From contig JAUCBJ010007155.1 in assembly GCA_032718475.1 (NCBI GenBank), positions 1 to 64,000 of the forward strand: a DNA stretch of 64,000 nucleotides, written 5' to 3'. The stretch's first letter is position 1, and the number at the start of each line of letters is the position of its first letter. This DNA is from Nemertoderma westbladi (lineage: Eukaryota; Animalia; Xenacoelomorpha). Shown piece by piece: positions 50,945 through 64,000 of the stretch. The notes beneath the pieces were generated by a model. That model was not told the origin of the DNA. It ran no database searches and saw only the letters and a program-made list of their open reading frames with translations. The translations under genes and the position numbers were made by a program.

Positions 50945-53900
50945 TCCCTGCTGTTGTATTTGTATCCATTGTCCCTGCTGTTGTATTTGTTTCCATTGTC
51001 CCTGCTGTTGTATTTGTATCCGTTGTGGGGCGAGCGACGAAAGTAAGCGAGCTTAGCATACAGGTACCACTAACTCAATCGGTGTGTCTGTTGTTCTGTT
51101 GATCTGTTGTGTCAAATTTTAGACGTTAATAACTCAGCCAAAGGTTAAATTTTCTTAATTATTTATTTAAATTTCTTAAGTACCGATTTTGGGATAGAAT
51201 TGCTCAATTTTAATCTGTATCTAATAACTGAGCCTCGTCCTGCGCGATTGCCCCACGAACGTGTCCATGCTGTTGTGTTTGTATCCATTGTCCATGCTGT
51301 TGTATTTGTATCCATTGCCCATGATGTTGTGTTTGTATCCATTGTCCATGCTGTTGTGTTTGTATCCATTGTCCAAGTCCATGCTGTTGTATTTGTATCC
51401 ATTGTCCATGCTGTTGTATTTGTGTCCATGTCCTGTCCAGTCCATGCTGTTGTATTTGTATCGATTGTCCATGCTGTTGTATTTGTATCCATTGTCCATG
51501 CCCATGTTGTTGTATTTGTGTCCAATATCCATGCTCTTGTGTTTGTATCCATTGTCCATGCTGTTGTATTTGTATCCATTGTCCATGTCCATGCTGTTGT
51601 ATTTGTATATATTGTCCATGCTGTTGTATTTGTATCCATTGTCCATGCTGTTGTATTTGTATCCATTGTCCATGCTGTTGTATTTTTATCCATTGTCCAT
51701 GCTGTTGTGTTTGTATCCATTGCCCATGGAATTGTATTTATATCCATTGCCCATGCTGTTGTATTTGTATCCATTGTCCATGCAATTGTATTTGTATCCA
51801 TTGTCCCTGCTGTAGTATTTGTATCCGTTATTACAGGAACGTCGGCTGTTGTATTTTTATCCATTGTCCATGCAATTGTATTTGTATCCATTGTCCCTGC
51901 TGTAGTATTTGTATCCGTTATTACAGGAACGTCGGCTGTTGTATTTGTATCCATTGTCCATGTCGATACTGTTGTATTTGTATCCATTGTCCATGCAATT
52001 GTATTTGTATCCCTTATTACATGAACGTTCATGCTGTTGCATTTTTATCCATTGTCCATGCTGTTGTATTTGTATCCATTGTCCCTGCTGTTGTATTTGT
52101 ATCCGTCATTGCAGGAACGTCGGCTTTTGTATTTGTATACATTGTCCATGCTGTTGTATTTGTATCCGTTGTCCTGTCCATGCTGTTGTATTTGTATCCA
52201 TTGTCCATGCAATTGTATTTGTATCCATTGTCCATGTCCATGCTGTTGTATTTGTATCCATTGTCCCTGCTATTGTAATTGTATCCCTTATTACAGCGTC
52301 CATGCGGTTGTATTTGTATCCATTGTCTATGCAATTGTATTTGTATCCATTGTCCCTGCTATTGTATTGGTATCCCTTATTACATGAACGTTCATGCTGT
52401 TGCATTTTTATCCATTGTCCATGCTGTTGTATTTGTATCCATTGTCCCTGCTGTTGTATTTGTATCCGTCATTGCAGGAACGTCGGCTTTTGTATTTGTA
52501 TACATTGTCCATGTCGATACTGTTGTATTTGTATCCATTGTCCATGCAATTGTATTTGTATCCATTGTCCCTGCTATTGTATTGGTATCCCTTATTACAT
52601 GAACGTTCATGCTGTTGCATTTTTATCCATTGTCCATGCTGTTGTATTTGTATCCATTGTCCCTGCTGTTGTATTTGTATCCCTTATTACATGAACGTCG
52701 GCTGTTGTATTTGTATCCATTGTCCATGTCGATACTGTTGTATTTGTATCCATTGTCCATGCAATTGTATTTGTATCCATTGTCCCTGCTATTGTATTGG
52801 TATCCCTTATTACATGAACGTTCATGCTGTTGCATTTTTATCCATTGTCCATGCTGTTGTATTTGTATCCATTGTCCCTGCTGTTGTATTTGTATCCGTC
52901 ATTGCAGGAACGTCGGCTTTTGTATTTGTATACATTGTCCATGCTGTTGTATTTGTATCCATTGTCCTGTCCATGCTGTTGTATTTGTATCCATTGTCCA
53001 TGCAATTGTATTTGTATCCATTGTCCATGTCCATGCTGTTGTATTTGTATCCATTGTCCCTGCTATTGTAATTGTATCCCTTATTACAGCGTCCATGCGG
53101 TTGTATTTGTATCCATTGTCTATGCAATTGTATTTGTATCCATTGTCCCTGCTGTTGTATTAGTATCCGTTATTACAGGAACGTCGGCTGTTGTATTTTT
53201 ATCCATTGTCCATGCTATGCTGTTGTATTTGTATCCATTGTCTATGCTGTTGTATTTGTATCCATTGTCTATGGTGTTGTATTTGTATCCATTGTCCATG
53301 CTGTTAATTTGTATCCATTGTCCAGTCCATGTCCAGTCCATGCTGTTGTATTTGTATCCCTTATTACAGGAACGTCCATGCTGTTGTATTTGTATCCATT
53401 GTCCATGTCGATACTGTTGTATTTTTATCCATTGTCTATGCAATTGTATTTGTATCCATTGTCCCTGCTGTTGTATTTGTATCCCTTATTACAGGAACGT
53501 CCATGATGTTGTATTTGTATCCATTGTCTATGCAATTGTATTTGTATCCATTGTCCCTGCTGTTGTATTTGTATCCGTTATTACAGGAACGTCCATGCTG
53601 TTGTATTTGTATCCATTGTCTATGCAATTGTATTTGTATCCATTGACCTGTTCATGCTGTTGTATTTGTATCCATTGACCTGTTCATGCTGTTGTATTTG
53701 TATTCATTGACCTGTCCATGCTGTTGTATTTGTATCCATTGTCCATGCTGTTGTATTTGTATCCATTGACCTGTTCATGCTGTTGTATTTGTATTCATTG
53801 ACCTGTCCATGCTGTTGTATTTGTATCCATTGTCCATGATGTTGTATCTGTATCCATTGTCCATGCTGTTGTATTTGTATCCGTTATTACAGGAACGTCC

Positions 53901-56900
53901 ATGCTGTTGTATTTGTATCCATTGTCCATGTCCAGTCCATGCTGTTGTATTTGTATCCATTGTCCATGCTGTTGTATTTGTATCCATTGACCTGTTCATG
54001 CTGTTGTATTTGTATTCATTGACCTGTCCATGCTGTTGTATTTGTATCCATTGTCCATGCTGTTGTATTTGTATCCATTGACCTGTTCATGCTGTTGTAT
54101 TTGTATTCATTGACCTGTCCATGCTGTTGTATTTGTATCCATTGTCCATGATGTTGTATCTGTATCCATTGTCCCTGCTGTTGTATTAGTATCCGTTATT
54201 ACAGGAACGTCGGCTGTTGTATTTTTATCCATTGTCCATGCTATGCTGTTGTATTTGTATCCATTGTCTATGCTGTTGTATTTGTATCCATTGTCTATGG
54301 TGTTGTATTTGTATCCATTGTCCATGCTGTTAATTTGTATCCATTGTCCAGTCCATGTCCAGTCCATGCTGTTGTATTTGTATCCCTTATTACAGGAACG
54401 TCCATGCTGTTGTATTTGTATCCATTGTCCATGTCGATACTGTTGTATTTTTATCCATTGTCTATGCAATTGTATTTGTATCCATTGTCCCTGCTGTTGT
54501 ATTTGTATCCCTTATTACAGGAACGTCCATGATGTTGTATTTGTATCCATTGTCTATGCAATTGTATTTGTATCCATTGTCCCTGCTGTTGTATTTGTAT
54601 CCGTTATTACAGGAACGTCCATGCTGTTGTATTTGTATCCATTGTCTATGCAATTGTATTTGTATCCATTGACCTGTTCATGCTGTTGTATTTGTATCCA
54701 TTGACCTGTTCATGCTGTTGTATTTGTATTCATTGACCTGTCCATGCTGTTGTATTTGTATCCATTGTCCATGATGTTGTATCTGTATCCATTGTCCATG
54801 CTGTTGTATTTGTATCCGTTATTACAGGAACGTCCATGCTGTTGTATTTGTATCCATTGTCCATGCTGTTGTATTTGTATCCATTGTCCATGTCCAGTCC
54901 ATGCTGTTGTATTTGTATCCGTGATTACAGGAACGTCCATGCTGTTGTATTTGTATCCATTGTCCATGTCCAGTCCATGCTGTTGTATTTGTATCCGTTA
55001 TTACAGGAACGTCCATGCTGTTGTATTTGTATCCATTGTCCATGCTGTTGTATTTGTATCCGTTATTACAGGAACGTCAATGCTGTTGTATTTGTATCCG
55101 TTATTACAGGAACGTCCATGCTGTTGTATTTGTATCCATTGTCCATGCTGTTGTATTTGTATCCGTTATTACAGGAACGTCAATGCTGTTGTATTTGTAT
55201 CCGTGATTACAGGAACCTCCATGCTGTTGTATTTGTATCCATTGTCCATGCTGTTGTATTTGTATCCATTGTCCATGTCCAGTCCATGCTGTTGTATTTG
55301 TATCCGTTATTACAGGAACGTCAATGCTGTTGTATTTGTATCCATTGTCCATGCTGTTGTATCTGTATCCATTGTCCATGCTGTTGTATTTGTATCCGTT
55401 ATTACAGGAACGTCCATGCTGTTGTATTTGTATCCATTGTCCATGTCCAGTCCATGCTGTTGTATTTGTATCCGTTATTACAGGAACGTCAATGCTGTTG
55501 TATTTGTATCCATTGTCCATGCTGTTGTATTTGTATCCATTGTCCATGCTGTTGTATTTGTATCCGTTATTACAGGAACGTCAATGCTGTTGTATTTGTA
55601 TCCATTGTCCATGCTGTTGTATTTGTATCCGTTATTACAGGAACGTCAATGCTGTTGTATTTGTATCCATTGTCCATGCTGTTGTATTTGTATCCGTTAT
55701 TACAGGAACGTCAATGCTGTTGTATTTGTATCCATTGTCCATGCTGTTGTATTTGTATCCGTTATTACAGGAACGTCAATGCTGTTGTATTTGTATCCAT
55801 TGTCCATGCTGTTGTATTTGTATCCGTTATTACAGGAACGTCAATGCTGTTGTATTTGTATCCATTGTCCATGCTGTTGTATTTGTATCCGTTATTGCAG
55901 GAACGTCCATGCTGTTGTATTTGTATCCATTGTCCATGCTGTTGTATTTGTATCCGTGATTACAGGAACCTCCATGCTGTTGTATTTGTATCCATTGTCC
56001 ATGTCCAGTCCATGCTGTTGTATTTGTATCCGTTATTGCAGGAACGTCCATGCTGTTGTATTTGTATCCATTGTCCATGATGTTGTATCTGTATCCATTG
56101 TCCATGATGTTGTATTTGTATCCGTTATTACAGGAACGTCCATGCTGTTGTATTTGTATCCGTTATTACAGGAACGTCCATGCTGTTGTATTTGTATCCA
56201 TTGTCCATGATGTTGTATTTGTATCCGTTATTACAGGAACGTCAATGCTGTTGTATTTGTATCCATTGTCCATGCTGTTGTATTTGTATCCGTTATTACA
56301 GGAACGTCAATGCTGTTGTATTTGTATCCATCATCCATGCTGTTGTATTTGTATCCATTGTCCATGCTGTTGTATTTGTATCCATTGTCCATGCTGTTGT
56401 ATTTGTATCCGTTATTACAGGAACGTCAATGCTGTTGTATTTGTATCCATCATCCATGCTGTTGTATTTGTATCCATTGTCCATGCTGTTGTATTTGTAT
56501 CCATTGTCCATGCTGTTGTATTTGTATCCATTGTCCATGTCCAGTCCATGCTGTTGTATTTGTATCCGTTATTGCAGGAACGTCCATGCTGTTGTATTTG
56601 TATCCATTGTCCATGATGTTGTATCTGTATCCATTGTCCATGATGTTGTATTTGTATCCGTTATTACAGGAACGTCCATGCTGTTGTATTTGTATCCGTT
56701 ATTACAGGAACGTCCATGCTGTTGTATTTGTATCCATTGTCCATGATGTTGTATTTGTATCCGTTATTACAGGAACGTCAATGCTGTTGTATTTGTATCC
56801 ATTGTCCATGCTGTTGTATTTGTATCCGTTATTACAGGAACGTCAATGCTGTTGTATTTGTATCCATCATCCATGCTGTTGTATTTGTATCCATTGTCCA

Positions 56901-59900
56901 TGCTGTTGTATTTGTATCCATTGTCCATGCTGTTGTATTTGTATCCGTTATTACAGGAACGTCCATGCTGTTGTATTTGTATCCATTGTCCATGCTGTTG
57001 TATTTGTATCCATTGTCCATGCTGTTGTATTTGTATCCGTTATTACAGGAACGTCAATGCTGTTGTATTTGTATCCGTTATTACAGGAACCTCCATGCTG
57101 TTGTATTTGTATCCATTGTCCATGCTGTTGTATTTGTATCCATTGTCCATGCTGTTGTATTTGTATCCGTTATTACAGGAACGTCCATGCTGTTGTATTT
57201 GTATCCATTGTCCATGCTGTTGTATTTGTATCCATTGTCCATGCTGTTGTATTTGTATCCGTTATTACAGGAACGTCAATGCTGTTGTATTTGTATCCGT
57301 TATTACAGGAACCTCCATGCTGTTGTATTTGTATCCATTGTCCATGCTGTTGTATTTGTATCCATTGTCCATGCTGTTGTATTTGTATCCGTTATTACAG
57401 GAACGTCAATGCTGTTGTATTTGTATCCATCATCCATGCTGTTGTATTTGTATCCATTGTCCATGCTGTTGTATTTGTATCCATTGTCCATGCCGTTGTA
57501 TTTGTATCCGTTATTACAGGAACGTCCATGCTGTTGTATTTGTATCCATTGTCCATGCTGTTGTATTTGTATCCATTGTCCATGCTGTTGTATTTGTATC
57601 CGTTATTACAGGAACGTCAATGCTGTTGTATTTGTATCCGTTATTACAGGAACCTCCATGCTGTTGTATTTGTATCCATTGTCCATGCTGTTGTATTTGT
57701 ATCCGTTATTACAGGAACGTCCATGCTGTTGTATTTGTATCCATTGTCCATGTCCAGTCCATGCTGTTGTATTTGTATCCATTGTCCATGCTGTTGTATT
57801 TGTATCCATTGTCCATGCTGTTGTATTTGTATCCGTTATTACAGGAACGTCCATGCTGTTGTATTTGTATCCATTGTCCATGATGTTGTATTTGTATCCA
57901 TTGTCCATGATGTTGTATTTGTATCCATTGTCCATGCTGTTGTATTTGTATCCGTTATTACAGGAACGTCCATGCTGTTGTATTTGTATCCATTGTCCAT
58001 GCTGTTGTATTTGTATCCGTTATTGCAGGAACGTCCATGCTGTTGTATTTGTATCCATTGTCCATGCTGTTGTATTTGTATCCGTTATTGCAGGAACGTC
58101 CATGCTGTTGTATTTGTATCCATTGTCCATGCTGTTGTATTTGTATCCGTGATTACAGGAACCTCCATGCTGTTGTATTTGTATCCATTGTCCATGTCCA
58201 GTCCATGCTGTTGTATTTGTATCCGTTATTGCAGGAACGTCCATGCTGTTGTATTTGTATCCATTGTCCATGCTGTTGTATTTGTATCCGTTATTACAGG
58301 AACGTCAATGCTGTTGTATTTGTATCCATCATCCATGCTGTTGTATTTGTATCCATTGTCCATGCTGTTGTATTTGTATCCATTGTCCATGCTGTTGTAT
58401 TTGTATCCGTTATTACAGGAACGTCCATGCTGTTGTATTTGTATCCATTGTCCATGCTGTTGTATTTGTATCCATTGTCCATGCTGTTGTATTTGTATCC
58501 GTTATTACAGGAACGTCAATGCTGTTGTATTTGTATCCGTTATTACAGGAACCTCCATGCTGTTGTATTTGTATCCATTGTCCATGCTGTTGTATTTGTA
58601 TCCGTTATTACAGGAACGTCCATGCTGTTGTATTTGTATCCATTGTCCATGTCCAGTCCATGCTGTTGTATTTGTATCCATTGTCCATGCTGTTGTATTT
58701 GTATCCATTGTCCATGCTGTTGTATTTGTATCCGTTATTACAGGAACGTCCATGCTGTTGTATTTGTATCCATTGTCCATGATGTTGTATTTGTATCCAT
58801 TGTCCATGATGTTGTATTTGTATCCATTGTCCATGCTGTTGTATTTGTATCCGTTATTACAGGAACGTCCATGCTGTTGTATTTGTATCCATTGTCCATG
58901 TCCAGTCCATGCTGTTGTATTTGTATCCATTGTCCATGCTGTTGTATTTGTATCCATTGTCCATGCTGTTGTATTTGTATCCGTTATTACAGGAACGTCC
59001 ATGCTGTTGTATTTGTATCCATTGTCCATGCTGTTGTATTTGTATCCATTGTCCATGCTGTTGTATTTGTATCCGTTATTACAGGAACGTCCATGCTGTT
59101 GTATTTGTATCCATTGTCCATGATGTTGTATTTGTATCCATTGTCCATGATGTTGTATTTGTATCCATTGTCCATGCTGTTGTATTTGTATCCGTTATTA
59201 CAGGAACGTCCATGCTGTTGTATTTGTATCCATTGTCCATGCTGTTGTATTTGTATCCGTTATTGCAGGAACGTCCATGCTGTTGTATTTGTATCCATTG
59301 TCCATGCTGTTGTATTTGTATCCGTTATTGCAGGAACGTCCATGCTGTTGTATTTGTATCCATTGTCCATGCTGTTGTATTTGTATCCGTGATTACAGGA
59401 ACCTCCATGCTGTTGTATTTGTATCCATTGTCCATGTCCAGTCCATGCTGTTGTATTTGTATCCGTTATTGCAGGAACGTCCATGCTGTTGTATTTGTAT
59501 CCATTGTCCATGCTGTTGTATTTGTATCCGTTATTACAGGAACGTCAATGCTGTTGTATTTGTATCCATCATCCATGCTGTTGTATTTGTATCCATTGTC
59601 CATGCTGTTGTATTTGTATCCATTGTCCATGCTGTTGTATTTGTATCCGTTATTACAGGAACGTCCATGCTGTTGTATTTGTATCCATTGTCCATGCTGT
59701 TGTATTTGTATCCATTGTCCATGCTGTTGTATTTGTATCCGTTATTACAGGAACGTCAATGCTGTTGTATTTGTATCCGTTATTACAGGAACCTCCATGC
59801 TGTTGTATTTGTATCCATTGTCCATGCTGTTGTATTTGTATCCGTTATTACAGGAACGTCCATGCTGTTGTATTTGTATCCATTGTCCATGTCCAGTCCA

Positions 59901-62900
59901 TGCTGTTGTATTTGTATCCATTGTCCATGCTGTTGTATTTGTATCCATTGTCCATGCTGTTGTATTTGTATCCGTTATTACAGGAACGTCCATGCTGTTG
60001 TATTTGTATCCATTGTCCATGATGTTGTATTTGTATCCATTGTCCATGATGTTGTATTTGTATCCATTGTCCATGCTGTTGTATTTGTATCCGTTATTAC
60101 AGGAACGTCCATGCTGTTGTATTTGTATCCATTGTCCATGTCCAGTCCATGCTGTTGTATTTGTATCCATTGTCCATGCTGTTGTATTTGTATCCATTGT
60201 CCATGCTGTTGTATTTGTATCCGTTATTACAGGAACGTCCATGCTGTTGTATTTGTATCCATTGTCCATGCTGTTGTATTTGTATCCATTGTCCATGCTG
60301 TTGTATTTGTATCCATTGTCCATGCTGTTGTATTTGTATCCGTTATTACAGGAACGTCCATGCTGTTGTATTTGTATCCATTGTCCATGCTGTTGTATTT
60401 GTATCCATTGTCCATGCTGTTGTATTTGTATCCATTGTCCATGCTGTTGTATTTGTATCCATTGTCCATGCTGTTGTATTTGTATCCGTTATTACAGGAA
60501 CGTCCATGCTGTTGTATTTGTATCCATTGTCCATGCTGTTGTATTTGTATCCATTGTCCATGCTGTTGTATTTGTATCCATTGTCCATGCTGTTGTATTT
60601 GTATCCGTTATTACAGGAACGTCCATGCTGTTGTATTTGTATCCATTGTCCATGCTGTTGTATTTGTATCCATTGTCCATGCTGTTGTATTTGTATCCAT
60701 TGTCCATGTCCAGTCCATGCTGTTGTATTTGTATCCATTGTCCATGCTGTTGTATTTGTATCCATTGTCCATGCTGTTGTATTTGTATCCGTTATTACAG
60801 GAACGTCCATGCTGTTGTATTTGTATCCATTGTCCATGCTGTTGTATTTGTATCCATTGTCCATGCTGTTGTATTTGTATCCATTGTCCATGCTGTTGTA
60901 TTTGTATCCGTTATTACAGGAACGTCCATGCTGTTGTATTTGTATCCATTGTCCATGCTGTTGTATTTGTATCCATTGTCCATGCTGTTGTATTTGTATC
61001 CATTGTCCATGCTGTTGTATTTGTATCCATTGTCCATGCTGTTGTATTTGTATCCATTGTCCATGCTGTTGTATTTGTATCCGTGATTACAGGAACCTCC
61101 ATGCTGTTGTATTTGTATCCATTGTCCATGATGTTGTATTTGTATCCATTGTCCATGATGTTGTATTTGTATCCATTGTCCATGCTGTTGTATTTGTATC
61201 CGTTATTACAGGAACGTCAATGCTGTTGTATTTGTATCCATTGTCCATGCTGTTGTATTTGTATCCGTTATTACAGGAACGTCAATGCTGTTGTATTTGT
61301 ATCCATTGTCCATGCTGTTGTATTTGTATCCGTTATTACAGGAACGTCAATGCTGTTGTATTTGTATCCATTGTCCATGCTGTTGTATTTGTATCCGTTA
61401 TTACAGGAACGTCAATGCTGTTGTATTTGTATCCATTGTCCATGATGTTGTATTTGTATCCATTGTCCATGCTGTTGTATTTGTATCCGTTATTACAGGA
61501 ACGTCAATGCTGTTGTATTTGTATCCATTGTCCATGATGTTGTATTTGTATCCATTGTCCATGTCCAGTCCATGCTGTTGTATTTGTATCCGTTATTACA
61601 GGAACGTCAATTCTGTTGTATTTGTATCCATTGTCCATGCTGTTGTATTTGTATCCATTGTCCATGTCCAGTCCATGCTGTTGTATTTGTATCCGTTATT
61701 ACAGGAACGTCAATTCTGTTGTATTTGTATCCGTGATTACAGGAACCTCCATGCTGTTGTATTTGTATCCATTGTCCATGCTGTTGTATTTGTATCCATT
61801 GTCCATGTCCAGTCCATGCTGTTGTATTTGTATCCGTTATTACAGGAACGTCCATGCTGTTGTATCTGTATCCATTGTCCATGCTGTTGTATTTGTATCC
61901 GTTATTACAGGAACGTCCATGCTGTTGTATTTGTATCCATTGTCCATGTCCAGTCCATGCTGTTGTATTTGTATCCGTTATTACAGGAACGTCAATGCTG
62001 TTGTATTTGTATCCATTGTCCATGATGTTGTATTTGTATCCATTGTCCATGCTGTTGTATTTGTATCCGTTATTACAGGAACGTCCGATGCTGTTGTATT
62101 TGTATCCATTGTCCATGCTGTTGTATTTGTATCCATTGTCCATGCTGTTGTATTTGTATCCGTTATTACAGGAACGTCCATGCTGTTGTATTTGTATCCA
62201 TTGTCCATGTCCAGTCCATGCTGTTGTATTTGTATCCGTTATTACAGGAACGTCAATGCTGTTGTATTTGTATCCATCATCCATGCTGTTGTATTTGTAT
62301 CCATTGTCCATGCTGTTGTATCTGTATCCATTGTCCATGCTGTTGTATTTGTATCCGTTATTACAGGAACGTCCATGCTGTTGTATCTGTATCCATTGTC
62401 CATGCTGTTGTATTTGTATCCGTTATTACAGGAACGTCCATGCTGTTGTATTTGTATCCATTGTCCATGTCCAGTCCATGCTGTTGTATTTGTATCCGTT
62501 ATTACAGGAACGTCCATGCTGTTGTATTTGTATCCATTGTCCATGTCCAGTCCATGCTGTTGTATTTGTATCCGTTATTACAGGAACGTCAATGCTGTTG
62601 TATTTGTATCCATTGTCCATGCTGTTGTATTTGTATCCATTGACCTGTTCATGCTGTTGTATTTGTATTCATTGACCTGTCCATGATGTTGTATTTGTAT
62701 CCATTGTCCATGCTGTTGTATTTGTATCCGTTATTACAGGAACGTCCATGCTGTTGTATCTGTATCCATTGTCCATGCTGTTGTATTTGTATCCGTTATT
62801 ACAGGAACGTCAATGCTGTTGTATTTGTATCCATTGTCCATGATGTTGTATTTGTATCCGTTATTACAGGAACGTCAATGCTGTTGTATTTGTATCCGTT

Positions 62901-64000
62901 ATTACAGGAACGTCAATGCTGTTGTATTTGTATCCATTGTCCATGATGTTGTATTTGTATCCATTGTCCATGCTGTTGTATTTGTATCCGTTATTACAGG
63001 AACGTCCATGCTGTTGTATCTGTATCCATTGTCCATGCTGTTGTATTTGTATCCGTTATTACAGGAACGTCAATGCTGTTGTATTTGTATCCATTGTCCA
63101 TGATGTTGTATTTGTATCCATTGTCCATGCTGTTGTATTTGTATCCGTTATTACAGGAACGTCCGATGCTGTTGTATTTGTATCCATTGTCCATGCTGTT
63201 GTATTTGTATCCATTGTCCATGCTGTTGTATTTGTATCCGTTATTACAGGAACGTCCATGCTGTTGTATTTGTATCCATTGTCCATGTCCAGTCCATGCT
63301 GTTGTATTTGTATCCGTTATTACAGGAACGTCAATGCTGTTGTATTTGTATCCATCATCCATGCTGTTGTATTTGTATCCATTGTCCATGCTGTTGTATC
63401 TGTATCCATTGTCCATGCTGTTGTATTTGTATCCGTTATTACAGGAACGTCCATGCTGTTGTATCTGTATCCATTGTCCATGCTGTTGTATTTGTATCCG
63501 TTATTACAGGAACGTCCATGCTGTTGTATTTGTATCCATTGTCCATGTCCAGTCCATGCTGTTGTATTTGTATCCGTTATTACAGGAACGTCCATGCTGT
63601 TGTATTTGTATCCATTGTCCATGTCCAGTCCATGCTGTTGTATTTGTATCCGTTATTACAGGAACGTCAATGCTGTTGTATTTGTATCCATTGTCCATGC
63701 TGTTGTATTTGTATCCATTGACCTGTTCATGCTGTTGTATTTGTATTCATTGACCTGTCCATGATGTTGTATTTGTATCCATTGTCCATGCTGTTGTATT
63801 TGTATCCGTTATTACAGGAACGTCCATGCTGTTGTATCTGTATCCATTGTCCATGCTGTTGTATTTGTATCCGTTATTACAGGAACGTCAATGCTGTTGT
63901 ATTTGTATCCATTGTCCATGATGTTGTATTTGTATCCGTTATTACAGGAACGTCAATGCTGTTGTATTTGTATCCGTTATTACAGGAACGTCAATGCTGT
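50945..64000 (+). repeat. Composite 27/38-bp satellite (over 12.7 kb, runs off the right edge) made of a 3' splice site plus the start of Rab33 exon 3
   Basis: Units: CCATTGTCCATGCTGTTGTATTTGTAT (27 bp), CCGTTATTACAG|GAACGTCCATGCTGTTGTATTTGTAT (38 bp) and CCATTGTCCATGTCCAGTCCATGCTGTTGTATTTGTAT (38 bp). The sequence after AG encodes (R)NVHAVVFV in the phase required by Rab33 exon 2. Confidence 0.95.
51021..51261. mobile_element. Short element with inverted ends interrupting the start of the Rab33 acceptor array
   Basis: CGTTGTGGGGC at the left end and GCCCCACGAACG at the right end; satellite units on both sides. Confidence 0.5.

Noticed and set aside
51163-63764. Many long ORFs (up to 937 aa) rich in CCCICIH / MLLYLYP / MDTNTTAWT
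   Set aside because: They are translations of a stop-poor satellite in all frames; only the NVHAVVFV frame is informative, as evidence of origin from Rab33.

Overview
Repeat-rich, AT-rich eukaryotic (metazoan-type, GT-AG introns) genomic window with four protein-coding genes. They are: the first two coding exons of an Xaa-Pro aminopeptidase 1 (XPNPEP1-like, minus strand, continuing off the left edge); a complete five-exon THAP-domain gene (minus, about 1078 aa); the first two coding exons of Rab33 (plus, apparently continuing off the right edge); and an intronless MIOS (GATOR2 subunit) gene that appears nested on the same strand inside Rab33 intron 2. Nearly half of the window is intronic tandem repeat. 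The most striking observation is that two giant arrays are amplified copies of their host gene's own splice junction. The 35-bp array at 1-7029 is the last 28 nt of an XPNPEP1 exon plus the first 7 nt of the intron (about 125 copies of the 5' splice site). The 27/38-bp array at about 50945-64000 is a 3' splice site plus the first codons of the expected Rab33 exon 3 (ag|G AAC GTC CAT GCT GTT GTA TTT GTA = R-NVHAVVFV). A third 13-kb array, filling THAP intron 4, carries GTAAGT on the transcribed strand in essentially every unit. Also present are a 5'-truncated RTE LINE inside the donor array, non-autonomous DNA transposons with clear TIRs and TSDs, a tRNA-derived SINE, decayed LINE fragments and a 32-bp palindrome resembling a P-element excision footprint. 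All identifications come from reading the sequence and recalled family motifs; no searches were run.
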